Source: a virus
DNA: 64,000 nt
Strand: one strand, 5' to 3'
Virus record (IMG/VR): IMGVR_UViG_3300044797_000101
Coordinates: 1 to 64,000 of that record
Shown piece after piece: positions 39,290 through 48,365 of the stretch. Every line of letters begins with the position of its first letter. The stretch's first letter is position 1. The position numbers were made by a program, and so were the translations under genes. Under the pieces are notes generated by a model that saw only the letters and a list, made by a program, of their open reading frames with translations, did not search any database and was not told the origin of the DNA.

Positions 39290-39404
39290 TATTCTTATCT
39301 AGCATTATACGAACAACAAGATATGTTTCTGCATCAATAGCACCTGATGGATGATCAAGCCAAAGACATCCACAACGACTACAATGCTTGTTGTCCTTTT
39401 TCAT
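39204..39404 (-). CDS. Zn-finger protein with DNLEFIE tag
   Basis: CSRCG...H...CKCKKFKPMDNLEFIE. Confidence 0.7.
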   Translation of the reverse strand: MKKDNKHCSRCGCLWLDHPSGAIDAETYLVVRIMLDKNNGKCKCKKFKPMDNLEFIEWLDRNERIC

Positions 39405-39582
39405 TTTGACTCTTAATCTCCAACCACTTTAAATTATCTACTGGGGTATAAGTCGTACACCAAAAGCCTGGTTTATGAACATGCTCTCTACAATAATAGA
39501 CATCTTCTTTAGAACCTTTAAAAGAGAGTTTTGCATGATCATCAAAAGAGCATCCACAAATACATGGACGTTCTGTGTTCAT
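39379..39582 (-). CDS. Zn-finger protein with DNLKWLE tag
   Basis: CICG....H...CTTYTPVDNLKWLE. Confidence 0.7.
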   Translation of the reverse strand: MNTERPCICGCSFDDHAKLSFKGSKEDVYYCREHVHKPGFWCTTYTPVDNLKWLEIKSQNEKGQQAL

Positions 39583-39980
39583 ATCTGATGCTCATCCTTG
39601 TATATAATGATATTTTCCATGTATTCTAAATTATCTAAAACATCGAATATAAGTACTAATCCTATCTCTTTAACAATACCATCATCTACAATATCATAAT
39701 CAGTTATCTGACTAAATCTAATAAATTTCTTTTCAGTTCCAAACATCACAGAAGCAACAAGCCCTTGGATTCGTAATGGATGTTCTTTTACAGCCTCAAA
39801 TAGAGGATTATCCCATCCATCAATCAATATAGAACCACTTGCTCGTGTATTCTTTACTTCTTCTTCATCCCAGTCATAATCTAAAAGAATATGAGCAGTC
39901 TCAATTATAAATTTACCTTTTGTTACTGGATCAAATCCAATGATGGGAGATTTAAAAGAATTTTGATCAATGGTTGCCAT
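39579..39980 (-). CDS. Hypothetical protein with DNLEYME tag
   Basis: No Cys finger; DVLDNLEYME near the C-terminus. Confidence 0.65.
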   Translation of the reverse strand: MATIDQNSFKSPIIGFDPVTKGKFIIETAHILLDYDWDEEEVKNTRASGSILIDGWDNPLFEAVKEHPLRIQGLVASVMFGTEKKFIRFSQITDYDIVDDGIVKEIGLVLIFDVLDNLEYMENIIIYKDEHQI

Positions 39981-39981
39981 G

Positions 39982-40275
39982 TTACTTACCTATGTGAATT
40001 AGCTTCCAACCCTTAGGTTTGAAATGAGCCACAACTGTTAAAGCCATCATGCAGATAATCAAGGCTGCTGACTCCATGCCAAACCCTACCCAGTTTGCAA
40101 ATATAGCTAGATTAATAAGGTTGAAAAAGATCTTAGCCATCTTATATAGGTATGCGGAAGAGGATACTTGGTTTGAATGCTTTGAACGGAGGGTTTTTGT
40201 AATTTGTTTCCAGTAGCTTGAGAACTCAAAAAATAAGGCAATTGAAGCGCAGCATATACCAATTACTTTGATCAT
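39982..40275 (-). CDS. Three-helix membrane protein, PQ-loop/SemiSWEET-like
   Basis: Three hydrophobic segments; YWKQITKTLRSKHSNQVS resembles (P)QI.K..K.KS...S. Confidence 0.5.
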   Translation of the reverse strand: MIKVIGICCASIALFFEFSSYWKQITKTLRSKHSNQVSSSAYLYKMAKIFFNLINLAIFANWVGFGMESAALIICMMALTVVAHFKPKGWKLIHIGK

Positions 40276-40808
40276 AAACTAAAGTTTTGCCACCTGGTTG
40301 CCTTAAGAGATTTTATCATTTCTGGTGCGTGCTCTTCTAAGTATAACACAAATGTTGAACAATATCCATAGATTTCTGGTGAATCACTATAATGCTGTTC
40401 AATGTATGCAACCAAATCAGTGAGGGTAATTTCCCATAAAAAGTTAAGGAATAGCCCTTGTGGTAGAACAAGTGCAGCTTGCTCTAGACAAAGACCTTCT
40501 TTAAGCAAATTATTATGGAAGTTTAAAGCCGCATTGTAGAAATTAAAAAGCTTCGTACTATAAATATTGCATTGCTTAGAGTCAATCGCAGTGTACCCAG
40601 AATCATCTTTCTTATAGAATTCAGCAGGCACGTAAGCTAAAGGGTGATCTAGCTCGGCTAAATGATTTAAGGTGCCTAGATTTGAATCCCTGAACGCTAG
40701 AAAGGTCAATAAAGGTGCTTTGATCTCAAAAGTGAACGTAATCTCATCTTTTTCAGTGCCCTTAACGTAGGGAAGTTTAATAGTGCCTGAATTCAATACT
40801 CGTTTCAC
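40272..40808 (-). CDS. ThyX-like protein, apparently degenerate
   Basis: FTFEIKAP, LLKEG...EQAALVLPQG and EI motifs of ThyX, but no RHR-x7-S-x-R signature. Confidence 0.55.
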   Translation of the reverse strand: MKRVLNSGTIKLPYVKGTEKDEITFTFEIKAPLLTFLAFRDSNLGTLNHLAELDHPLAYVPAEFYKKDDSGYTAIDSKQCNIYSTKLFNFYNAALNFHNNLLKEGLCLEQAALVLPQGLFLNFLWEITLTDLVAYIEQHYSDSPEIYGYCSTFVLYLEEHAPEMIKSLKATRWQNFSL

Positions 40809-41230
40809 GATATTACCTCATTCTTCCGTGCTGCGTTAGCCAACTTATCACATCGTTCGTTAAACTCTATACCTTCATGACCTGGTACCCAACGAGTCTT
40901 AGCTTTAAAATCAGCCATTAAATTTCTAAGCTGTTGATACTTGAGGATCTTCTCTTCCTGTCTAAACGCTCTTGTTCCGTCCGCCCAACCTAAGGTAATT
41001 TCGCTATCTGAAACAAGCCAAACGTCTGTTAACTCTTCTCGGTCCAAATTAGCATGAAGCGAATAAAGTCCTTCAATAGCACCTTCAAGCTCGCAATCGT
41101 TATTGGTAGCATAATCTAAATGACCAGACCCTTCATAAGATTTAACTCCATCAACCACAACTACAAAACCATATCCACCTGGTTTATCCTTAGTTGTACC
41201 GCTACCATCAGAATAGACTTCTACTTTCAT
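40805..41230 (-). CDS. rnhA: Ribonuclease HI
   Basis: YSDGS, TNNDCEL, SDS, WVPGHEG..NERCDKLAN. Confidence 0.92.
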   Translation of the reverse strand: MKVEVYSDGSGTTKDKPGGYGFVVVVDGVKSYEGSGHLDYATNNDCELEGAIEGLYSLHANLDREELTDVWLVSDSEITLGWADGTRAFRQEEKILKYQQLRNLMADFKAKTRWVPGHEGIEFNERCDKLANAARKNEVIS

Positions 41231-41481
41231 TAATCAATTACGCAATCGTTATCTTTCAATCTAATGATCTGGGTCTTTTTATCATCATCTCTATAAGCAA
41301 CAAGAGGTTCTTTGCCTTTCAAAACAAACACAATCACATCTCCAGGCACGATCATGTCTATAGTCTTGATCTTGCTGTTGTTTGGATCTACACACAAAAT
41401 CTGATGTGGACGACCACCGTATGTAGACTTTTCACATCCAACTAATCCTAATAACAAACCAAGTAAAAGTATTTTTTTCAT
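41230..41481 (-). CDS. Small lipoprotein
   Basis: MKKILLLGLLLGLVGC lipobox. Confidence 0.7.
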   Translation of the reverse strand: MKKILLLGLLLGLVGCEKSTYGGRPHQILCVDPNNSKIKTIDMIVPGDVIVFVLKGKEPLVAYRDDDKKTQIIRLKDNDCVID

Positions 41482-41867
41482 ATTAATCCTTCATCCTTTA
41501 TATCATCATCTAACTCAATATTATAGCTACCCTGTTCATATGTAGATTCTATTCCAGCAGCTTTAAGAATTCCCATCATTTTCTCTGCACCAAGCGGATT
41601 TGCTGTATGAAACTTAATCACTTGTGGACGTATTGATTCAGGCATAACAGAGAGATAAAAGGCAACTGGTTGGAATGTTTCCTGTCCGATCTGAAGGCGC
41701 CGTTTAACACTGTCCGATAATTCACCTGAAAAGGGAACACAAATATCGTGGTCAATGCTAATCTCTTCTACATAACCCGTAGACAGAAGACGGATAGCTT
41801 CAGTGTTATTACGAGCAAGTGTCCAACCTTCTGGACAACGGCGAAGATCATCAACGTATAGTTTCAT
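41478..41867 (-). CDS. Cyclic-phosphate processing receiver-like domain protein
   Basis: MKLYVDDLR.CPEGW..ARN..EAI.LL..ISIDHD...HTANP.G; start reassigned to 41867. Confidence 0.75.
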   Translation of the reverse strand: MKLYVDDLRRCPEGWTLARNNTEAIRLLSTGYVEEISIDHDICVPFSGELSDSVKRRLQIGQETFQPVAFYLSVMPESIRPQVIKFHTANPLGAEKMMGILKAAGIESTYEQGSYNIELDDDIKDEGLI

Positions 41868-42042
41868 CTGCTTTTTTCTCCAAGTACTCAAGATTAGTGG
41901 CTGGAACAAATTCAACAGCTGTGTAATATTCACCAGGTGTCTCTGTTGGGCACAGCATCATACTGCCAAGATTAAGATGTTCTTTCTCAAATCGTAGACA
42001 GTTAATACAGTGTCTATTTATGTTTTCTGGCATAACCTTCAA
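41851..42042 (-). CDS. Cys/His protein with TNLEYLE tag
   Basis: CINC...H...C...FVPATNLEYLE. Confidence 0.65.
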   Translation of the reverse strand: MKVMPENINRHCINCLRFEKEHLNLGSMMLCPTETPGEYYTAVEFVPATNLEYLEKKADETIR

Positions 42043-42277
42043 GACGTCTATCCTTCAACGTCCAAGCCAAGTGCATAAGCTTCTCAACAAGCCACCAGAT
42101 AAACTGCTCTAAACGATACATTAGCAACCCTCGCCTACTAGACCTTCATTCCTTAATGTATTGATCTCACTTTGTAGTTCTAAATTAAGAGCATGTTCCT
42201 TAAGCTTTAAGTGTTCCTCAGCTGTTAAACGGTGGGACAAGTAAAGCCAATCAATGTATTCCCAAACAGTTTTAGGT

Positions 42278-42682
42278 TCAACGTTTTTTCTTTTTGCCAT
42301 AAAATCCCCTTTTTCTAACACCCTTTAATAAGGCATCAATCTCTTTAAAATACGTTCGTGGTGAAATAGAAGTTAAACTATTATTTGAATACCTGCTCAC
42401 GTAATCTAATTCACCAAATGATACTTCAAGTTTTGTTTCACCTTGAACTTCAAATGTATCTGAAATTACATGCTCACCAGCAGCAGCAACTATACGCTTG
42501 TAGATCCAACCCCTACGACGTCTACCAAAAAAATAACTATTTCGATATTTAAAGCATTTCCCAACTAACGCTTGCGCTTTAGGAACAGATTCGAGGATAC
42601 GAATCTTATCCCTAATTTCTGAAATATGCTTTTCATATGCAATGGAAAGCTCTTTTAGATTCTTGATAACATCATCGCTCAT
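42278..42682 (-). CDS. Hypothetical protein
   Basis: ORF with AAGGAG RBS. Confidence 0.6.
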   Translation of the reverse strand: MSDDVIKNLKELSIAYEKHISEIRDKIRILESVPKAQALVGKCFKYRNSYFFGRRRRGWIYKRIVAAAGEHVISDTFEVQGETKLEVSFGELDYVSRYSNNSLTSISPRTYFKEIDALLKGVRKRGFYGKKKKR

Positions 42683-42884
42683 TCAACTGCTCCTTACGTT
42701 TTGCACACCACTCTAAATACTCTAGATTATCAGAGGGACTGCATTCTTCTTTACATGCTGATTCACTCTGAGTACCTGTTGGTCCAACTATATCATTTGG
42801 AATCCAATGATATCCTTGTACTCTATGCGCACCACATACACGGCAAGGACTTTTAAATTCCCTTGCATCCATCCACCAAATCAT
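42672..42884 (-). CDS. Cys/His protein with DNLEYLE tag
   Basis: CRVCGAH...H...CSPSDNLEYLE. Confidence 0.7.
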   Translation of the reverse strand: MIWWMDAREFKSPCRVCGAHRVQGYHWIPNDIVGPTGTQSESACKEECSPSDNLEYLEWCAKRKEQLNER

Positions 42885-43166
42885 CTTAGCGAGGCAAGCG
42901 TGTATGTTTACGACGAGCTACTTCAATTGCGGCAAGCTGACGACGCTGAAGAGCAACAACCACCAACAACAGCAACGTGCTTACTTGTAGTAGTAATGAT
43001 TCCATTTTAAGCTCCTTTTAGTTTATTTAAAACAACTGATTCAGCTGCCAAGCAACTAAACCAGCACTAACCAATCCCCAAACATAAGAACCCTGGTAAA
43101 AATTAATTATAGCGAATGTAATATTTAAAACTAAACATCCGTAAAACAACACTTGGTTCATCATAA

Positions 43167-43415
43167 TTATCCTTTTTTCTCAACACGAGACCAAGCAAAC
43201 GCCTGCTTAAGAATCTTATTGAAATGAACGCCTTTGCTTTTAGCTAATTTAAAATCGTCATAATCAGCTTGGGTTGCACCCTTCGCGTCATATGTTCCAC
43301 CGTTATTAAATCGAACACGCATCGTACCAGATTGAGCATCAAATCCAGCAGCGGAAATGTTTGAGCTAACAACTGGTTCTAGTTGAATCTCTGTTGGTTT
43401 AATTTCATCAGCCAT
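43167..43415 (-). CDS. KTSC domain protein
   Basis: PVVSSNISAAGFD...VRFNNGGTY...A.SKG.HFN..K. Confidence 0.85.
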   Translation of the reverse strand: MADEIKPTEIQLEPVVSSNISAAGFDAQSGTMRVRFNNGGTYDAKGATQADYDDFKLAKSKGVHFNKILKQAFAWSRVEKKG

Positions 43416-43444
43416 GTTAATCTCCTTAAAAATACGTATTTAAA

Positions 43445-43612
43445 CTATGCTTAGGATTTGAAGTCCTAACCAGCGGATTCGTCCAACCGCATCTCTCCCT
43501 GATTGTGGGAGTGTTCTCGAATCGTTTAAAAGAGCAAGGTTTCGTTTACCCACGACGAAACAGGCTTCAGCTCCCAAGTGGGATAATGGCTCTATTTCCG
43601 CCTTGCGCCTCT
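43445..43612 (-). ncRNA. Candidate structured non-coding RNA or leader
   Basis: GC-richer intergenic tract after CTGTTATAAT with several hairpins (GCAAGG/CCTTGC, TCCCA/TGGGA, TTTCGT/ACGAAA, CTCCC/GGGAG, GCGG/CCGC, TTAGGA/TCCTAA). Confidence 0.5.
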
Positions 43613-43648
43613 CTATTTATTATAACAGATTATCCGTTATAATAACAC

Positions 43649-44302
43649 TTATTTTTCGTCAAAGTACGTGTTGCCTGTTCCCTTCTTGTGATCTCTAGCT
43701 GGGGATACAATACGATCAACGAAACCATACTCCAGAGCCTGTTGAGAGGAGAAGTAGTTGTTACGTTCACCATCAGCAAGAACCTTATCAAATGGTTGAC
43801 CTGTATGATCAGCCAAAATCTGAGCTAATGAATTCTTATGGTAAACCATTTCACGTGCTTCGATCTCAATATCAGTGGCTTGACCAGAGATACCACCGCC
43901 ATGGATCAAGGGTTGGTGCATCATGATACGAGCATGGGGCATCGCTGAACGCATCCCTTTTGTTCCAGCAGCCAACAAAACTAACCCGAATGACATGGCA
44001 TGACCCATAACTAACGTAGCAACTGGAGACTTCAAATGCTGCATGGTATCATAAATCGCTAATCCTGCTAACACGCTTCCACCTGGGCAGTTGATATACA
44101 TCTGAATGGGTTTATTATTGTCCAAGGATTCTAAATATAGAAGCTGGGCAATCAATAAATTGCTACCTTCCGTTGTAATATCTTCACCGCCAACCATTAC
44201 AATACGATCTGATAACAGTTTGGAAAAGATATCATAGGATATTGTACCGTTAGCGGACTTCTCATAGATACTCGGAACGATTGCCATGTTAGGTTTAATC
44301 AT
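43649..44302 (-). CDS. clpP: ATP-dependent Clp protease proteolytic subunit
   Basis: YDIFSKLLSDRI, QLLYLE, YINCPGGS, GHAMS, MMHQP, GQATDIEI, ALEYGFVD. Confidence 0.93.
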   Translation of the reverse strand: MIKPNMAIVPSIYEKSANGTISYDIFSKLLSDRIVMVGGEDITTEGSNLLIAQLLYLESLDNNKPIQMYINCPGGSVLAGLAIYDTMQHLKSPVATLVMGHAMSFGLVLLAAGTKGMRSAMPHARIMMHQPLIHGGGISGQATDIEIEAREMVYHKNSLAQILADHTGQPFDKVLADGERNNYFSSQQALEYGFVDRIVSPARDHKKGTGNTYFDEK

Positions 44303-44311
44303 GATTCTCCT

Positions 44312-44494
44312 TTATTTCACTTGTGCTTCTAGCCATTTTAAATTATCCCTCTTAAACTGCTTACAATGCTTCCTGCATTTTGGTTCCAATAATCCATAAG
44401 CCCAACACTCAGGTCCGTGACGACCTTTTGGATGCTCACACGCAACACACGGCTCATTGTCAAAACTCAGTTGCTTTATAGTCATGATAGGCAT
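44312..44494 (-). CDS. Zn-finger protein with DNLKWLE tag
   Basis: CVACEH...H...CKQFKRDNLKWLE. Confidence 0.7.
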   Translation of the reverse strand: MPIMTIKQLSFDNEPCVACEHPKGRHGPECWAYGLLEPKCRKHCKQFKRDNLKWLEAQVK

Positions 44495-44594
44495 TCGCCG
44501 TACACTTTAAGCAAGAATCCTCATAGTCATGAGGGAGCAATCTTTCATGGTCTTCTCTTCGATGACCGCATTCACACAGCAATTCTTTACTCAT
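44460..44594 (-). CDS. 44 aa CxCGH Zn-finger protein (untagged)
   Basis: Hand translation MSKELLCECGHRREDH...CLKC...HDYKATEF. Confidence 0.6.
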   Translation of the reverse strand: MSKELLCECGHRREDHERLLPHDYEDSCLKCTANAYHDYKATEF

Positions 44595-44800
44595 ATTTTT
44601 GACTCCAAATATTTCAAATTATCAATCGGTGTATATTGTTCACACTTTCCAACCCTACATTTCTCGCAATATCCATAAATAGTAACACGTGTGCCTTTTT
44701 CATTAATATCTTTTTTATCCCATATTGAAATATCTTTGCCACTATACTGATAGCGATAATGTTTACTTTTCGTATGTTTACAAGTACAAATTCTACTCAT
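44591..44800 (-). CDS. Zn-finger protein with DNLKYLE tag
   Basis: CTCKH...H...CEKC....CEQYTPIDNLKYLE. Confidence 0.72.
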   Translation of the reverse strand: MSRICTCKHTKSKHYRYQYSGKDISIWDKKDINEKGTRVTIYGYCEKCRVGKCEQYTPIDNLKYLESKI

Positions 44801-45851
44801 TGTATTTTAACAGGAAGTCAGGATTGATACATTTGAAACTCAATCGACCTCGCAGCTCCTCTTCGTATTCATTGATCAATGGACGAAACACCACGCCTTC
44901 ACGGTGGACGTCTTTATTCAATAGGCTTTTACCTTTAGAATACTCAACAAGCTCATCAACCGTTCCAGGCAACACGTAGGAATCAGAGATGAATGGAACG
45001 TGAGTAAGTCCAAGATATTCAACGATCTGGCTAAGATCAGCATAGTTAAAGTGAAGACCCGTATCAATATCATAGGCATTGAAAATGTGATAACCAAGCT
45101 TATCTAGTTTGTACTTATTTCCTTGAACTCCAGGACCAAGCAACTCACCTTGAAGAGCGATGTTACGACGGAAACTACGCAACTTATTCTCAAGATCTAG
45201 CTCACGAGCAACCTTCCAGAATGAATTGCCCTCTGTTTCCTTAAGGTCTAGGTTACGAGAACACACACCAAATTCATCACCTTTAAAATAGGTTGTCATG
45301 CTTGAACCGTCAACCTTCTCAGTGACATAGAACTTCTTAAGCTGATGCTTAAATAGCAACTCGGGAACAGCTTGAATGCGCATCTCATCTGTCTTTGACA
45401 AGAATGAGGGAAAATTTCCCTTAACCGTTCCAGATAATTGAGCTGGAACATAAGGTTCGTATTTCTCAACTTCAAGCATGGCTGTAACATCATCGCCTTC
45501 ACTATAATCAAACTTTAGACTGCAATCAGAAATGATTGAGGCATCTGGGATAGCAGCATGAACCTTTTGAGGAATTGGAAGAATAGACAAAGGAAGACAA
45601 AGACCTTGAGATACCTGACCACGTAGCTTAATCGTTTTAATCCTAAAACTAGATTTACGAAGGAACTCAACCTCAGGACTTTCCTTAAGAATTGAATCAA
45701 TCTCAAAGTATACAACCAGGTCGCCGATATTGAATTCGCCCTTCTTGGCTACAACTTTCCAGCCAAGAACAGTTAAAACCTCGATAGCATCGGCTCCAGG
45801 AATAGGTTGAATATCCAATACCTTTTGAATAGATGCAAGCTTGCGTTCCAT
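44793..45851 (-). CDS. RNA ligase (Rnl2/DRB0094 family)
   Basis: N-terminal RKLASI..I.PI.GAD.IE; motif I TEKVDGSS, QGEL, EGVV, SFKCIN. Confidence 0.92.
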   Translation of the reverse strand: MERKLASIQKVLDIQPIPGADAIEVLTVLGWKVVAKKGEFNIGDLVVYFEIDSILKESPEVEFLRKSSFRIKTIKLRGQVSQGLCLPLSILPIPQKVHAAIPDASIISDCSLKFDYSEGDDVTAMLEVEKYEPYVPAQLSGTVKGNFPSFLSKTDEMRIQAVPELLFKHQLKKFYVTEKVDGSSMTTYFKGDEFGVCSRNLDLKETEGNSFWKVARELDLENKLRSFRRNIALQGELLGPGVQGNKYKLDKLGYHIFNAYDIDTGLHFNYADLSQIVEYLGLTHVPFISDSYVLPGTVDELVEYSKGKSLLNKDVHREGVVFRPLINEYEEELRGRLSFKCINPDFLLKYNE

Positions 45852-46238
45852 TATTTACCTTTTGAAACGAGTTGATTCTTCTCAGTATCTAAAATATAAA
45901 CAGCTTTTCCCTGAGTCCGTAGCAAATCCATATGAGCAAAAGCTTTCTCAGCAGAAAAATACCTACCATGAACAATCAAACTATGCTTCGCAGTAAATAA
46001 AAGTTTTATTCTTGCCCAAAGGCTATTATCAACACTCACTAATTCAAATCTAAATGTTCTATCACTCATTAAATTGACCAGTCCTTTTCAATCCCTAATA
46101 CCCATTGCAGTGCATACGCTTGAAGATAAAGATCATTGAAACGCTTCTCTTCCTCAGGCGTACGATCAAATCGAGGCAAACTATTGCGTGCTTCAAAAAG
46201 AGCATTGCACTTCTCGCGAACCTCTTCCTCCCAACGCA

Positions 46239-46673
46239 TTAGATCTCTCTCCATTTCACTTTAGCATCATCAAAATAGTATTTAGTTTTAGCTACAGATT
46301 CTTTCCAACGTGCTTCTAATTTCTTTGGAAGCTTAGGAAACACAGCAAGCTTAATACCTGCTTGAATCATATGCACAGCACAGCGATCACACGAAGCAAA
46401 TGGGTATGTATAAAGAGTACATCCTTCAACTGACTGCTTAGAATTCAGAACAGCATTCATCTCACAGTGAACTATCCGTGAATACTTCAATTCACGATTA
46501 GCATAAAGATGAGGTTCATCACTCATGCCTTTAGGAAAACCATTATAACCCACTGCTAAAATAGTACGATCTGGACGCACAATTACAGCGCCAGTTTGAG
46601 TGCTTGGATCTTTTGACCAGCTTGCTACAAGCTTGGCCAATTCCATAAATCGTTTATCCCACTTGTTTACCAT
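46239..46673 (-). CDS. dCMP deaminase
   Basis: WSKDPSTQTGA, GYNGFP, HCEMNA, CDRC. Confidence 0.92.
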   Translation of the reverse strand: MVNKWDKRFMELAKLVASWSKDPSTQTGAVIVRPDRTILAVGYNGFPKGMSDEPHLYANRELKYSRIVHCEMNAVLNSKQSVEGCTLYTYPFASCDRCAVHMIQAGIKLAVFPKLPKKLEARWKESVAKTKYYFDDAKVKWREI

Positions 46674-46679
46674 AGAGTT

Positions 46680-46708
46680 ATTATAACAGATAAAAGGTGT
46701 TTTGTCAA
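46680..46708 (-). promoter_or_regulatory. Sigma70 consensus promoter
   Basis: TTGACA-17 bp-TATAAT with extended TG; ATG lies only 6 nt downstream of the -10. Confidence 0.85.
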
Positions 46709-46715
46709 CCCCCTA

Positions 46716-47462
46716 TTAATCTCCTATATTTACGTGATGATTTATAAATTCCCTATCTTGACTGAAAACAGGTATATTCTTCTCAACATACCAACCATCA
46801 ACACCCTTAATTACGCAAGCACCACGTTTGTTAATTACAGGAAGATCATTCCAATTGATCCCCTTCTCTTTAAACAGCAGTTCTTGCACTTCATCCGTGC
46901 ACAGACCATGTAACTGCTTCGGACTGAATTGAGACTGTCCTACGCTGTTTATGGAGTTTCTAGTGGCATCCTGTTGTCGCCACAGGAAGTAGTTGCACAC
47001 TTCAGCGTGAGGAAGAATAAACGCACGAGAATCAAAGTGAGCCATAGGCTTAAACTTATCTTCTTGACGATACTCGAACATCCGTAAGTTTGCTCTCTCA
47101 GCTTCATAATTAAAAGCTGCAGTGGCAATGCTTGCTGAGATACTAACAAGCTTTTGAAGATTCTTATCATAAGGCGCTTGGGTTGTCAATGTATCATAAT
47201 CTGTAATGAACAAGCTGATCTCATCTGATTGCCAATAAGCAAGCTTCACGCCTTGTATACCTTCACAAAGTGCTTGGGTTGTTTTAAGCATGAGCTCCAT
47301 GAAGTCTGGATCAAATGGACGAATAAACCCACGTGTGTATGTATGGAAAGCCTTACCATCAATCCTAAGAATCAATGGAAGTCTTCCAGACAAATGGAAA
47401 CGATAGGCATTCTCGTAGTTTTTCATACGATCACCAAGGCTATCTTTTTCAGGCTTGCTCAT
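46716..47462 (-). CDS. tRNA(His) guanylyltransferase Thg1-like 3'-5' polymerase
   Basis: RIDGKAFH, QSDEIS, FDSR, YFLWRQQDATRNS, KGINWN. Confidence 0.92.
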   Translation of the reverse strand: MSKPEKDSLGDRMKNYENAYRFHLSGRLPLILRIDGKAFHTYTRGFIRPFDPDFMELMLKTTQALCEGIQGVKLAYWQSDEISLFITDYDTLTTQAPYDKNLQKLVSISASIATAAFNYEAERANLRMFEYRQEDKFKPMAHFDSRAFILPHAEVCNYFLWRQQDATRNSINSVGQSQFSPKQLHGLCTDEVQELLFKEKGINWNDLPVINKRGACVIKGVDGWYVEKNIPVFSQDREFINHHVNIGD

Positions 47463-47661
47463 TTAGAAGCTCCTGTTTCTTTTTCTTCAATTCCATAAAA
47501 GCTAGGTTGTCCCCATCAAAATCATGAAACCTATCATCTGTATAACCAGGTTCATCAATCTGACATCCAGTACAAACTCCAGTACCTGTTGAAATATTAA
47601 CGTAATGTCGCTCGGCTAAATGCCTACAGACCTTACAAGGAAAATCCTTAGCGACTGCCAT
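47449..47661 (-). CDS. Zn-finger protein with DNLAFME tag
   Basis: Start MAVAKDFPCKVCRH; CTGC...HDFDGDNLAFME. Confidence 0.68.
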   Translation of the reverse strand: MAVAKDFPCKVCRHLAERHYVNISTGTGVCTGCQIDEPGYTDDRFHDFDGDNLAFMELKKKKQELLNEQA

Positions 47662-47824
47662 AATATTCCTTATCCATTTGTTCTGCATACAGCTGATCAT
47701 CTAGGATAAACACATTACACGGACAAGCAGCTTTTGGACGGTATATATCCTCACGCTGACAGATAAGCCCGAATTGTCCGTGTTCTTTATCTAAATGACC
47801 ACAGCTACAAATTAATTCTACCAT
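47648..47824 (-). CDS. 58 aa CxCGH Zn-finger protein with degenerate tag (DDQLYAE)
   Basis: Hand translation MVELICSCGHLDKEH...CPCNVFILDDQLYAE. Confidence 0.6.
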   Translation of the reverse strand: MVELICSCGHLDKEHGQFGLICQREDIYRPKAACPCNVFILDDQLYAEQMDKEYYGSR

Positions 47825-48099
47825 GAATCTTTATCCTGTTCACGGATTTTTATCTCGGCTTGCTCAGCCTTAAGTTCAAGATATTCTAAATTGTCCATTG
47901 GTTGATAATCAAGGCATCCGCACTTAGTTGAGCTCACACTGAATTGTCCTTGCATATATGAATCACAAGGAACCATCTCAAGGATCTTTATAAATGATTG
48001 AGTAATGCCGCCTTGTTCAATACGAAGATAGATTGCATGATGACTAACCATATGTCCGCATTTACGACACATCGCATCACTTTTAGGATAGTCTAACAT
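47818..48099 (-). CDS. Zn-finger protein with DNLEYLE tag
   Basis: CRKCGH...H...CGCLDYQPMDNLEYLE. Confidence 0.72.
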   Translation of the reverse strand: MLDYPKSDAMCRKCGHMVSHHAIYLRIEQGGITQSFIKILEMVPCDSYMQGQFSVSSTKCGCLDYQPMDNLEYLELKAEQAEIKIREQDKDSW

Positions 48100-48365
48100 T
48101 CAGGTCTCTCATTCCATTCTTTTAGAATGGGAAATGTTTCAAATATATCTGCTCCAGCACGAACAGCCTTTACACGATCTAACTCTTCAAGGTATTTTAG
48201 ATTATCAACTGGTACATTCTTTAAAACAAACTTAGCCCTAGCTTCAAGCCTATTTAGAAATTCTTCTTTATCATCTGTAATAATGTATTTTTGTTTAGGA
48301 GGTTTAGGTCCTTTAAGCATTTCAGCAATCTTTTCAATATTCCAGCCCCAATCAGTTGTATCCAT
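48093..48365 (-). CDS. Hypothetical protein with DNLKYLE tag
   Basis: No finger; NVPVDNLKYLE. Confidence 0.65.
   Translation of the reverse strand: MDTTDWGWNIEKIAEMLKGPKPPKQKYIITDDKEEFLNRLEARAKFVLKNVPVDNLKYLEELDRVKAVRAGADIFETFPILKEWNERPEC

Noticed and set aside
43445-43530. Canonical tRNA gene
   Set aside because: A T-loop-like hairpin exists, but I could not build an acceptor stem, D-arm consensus or 7-nt anticodon loop; kept only as an ncRNA candidate.
43530-43612. Hammerhead ribozyme or c-di-GMP riboswitch
   Set aside because: CTGAAGC does not match CUGANGA, and the conserved riboswitch cores are not convincingly present.
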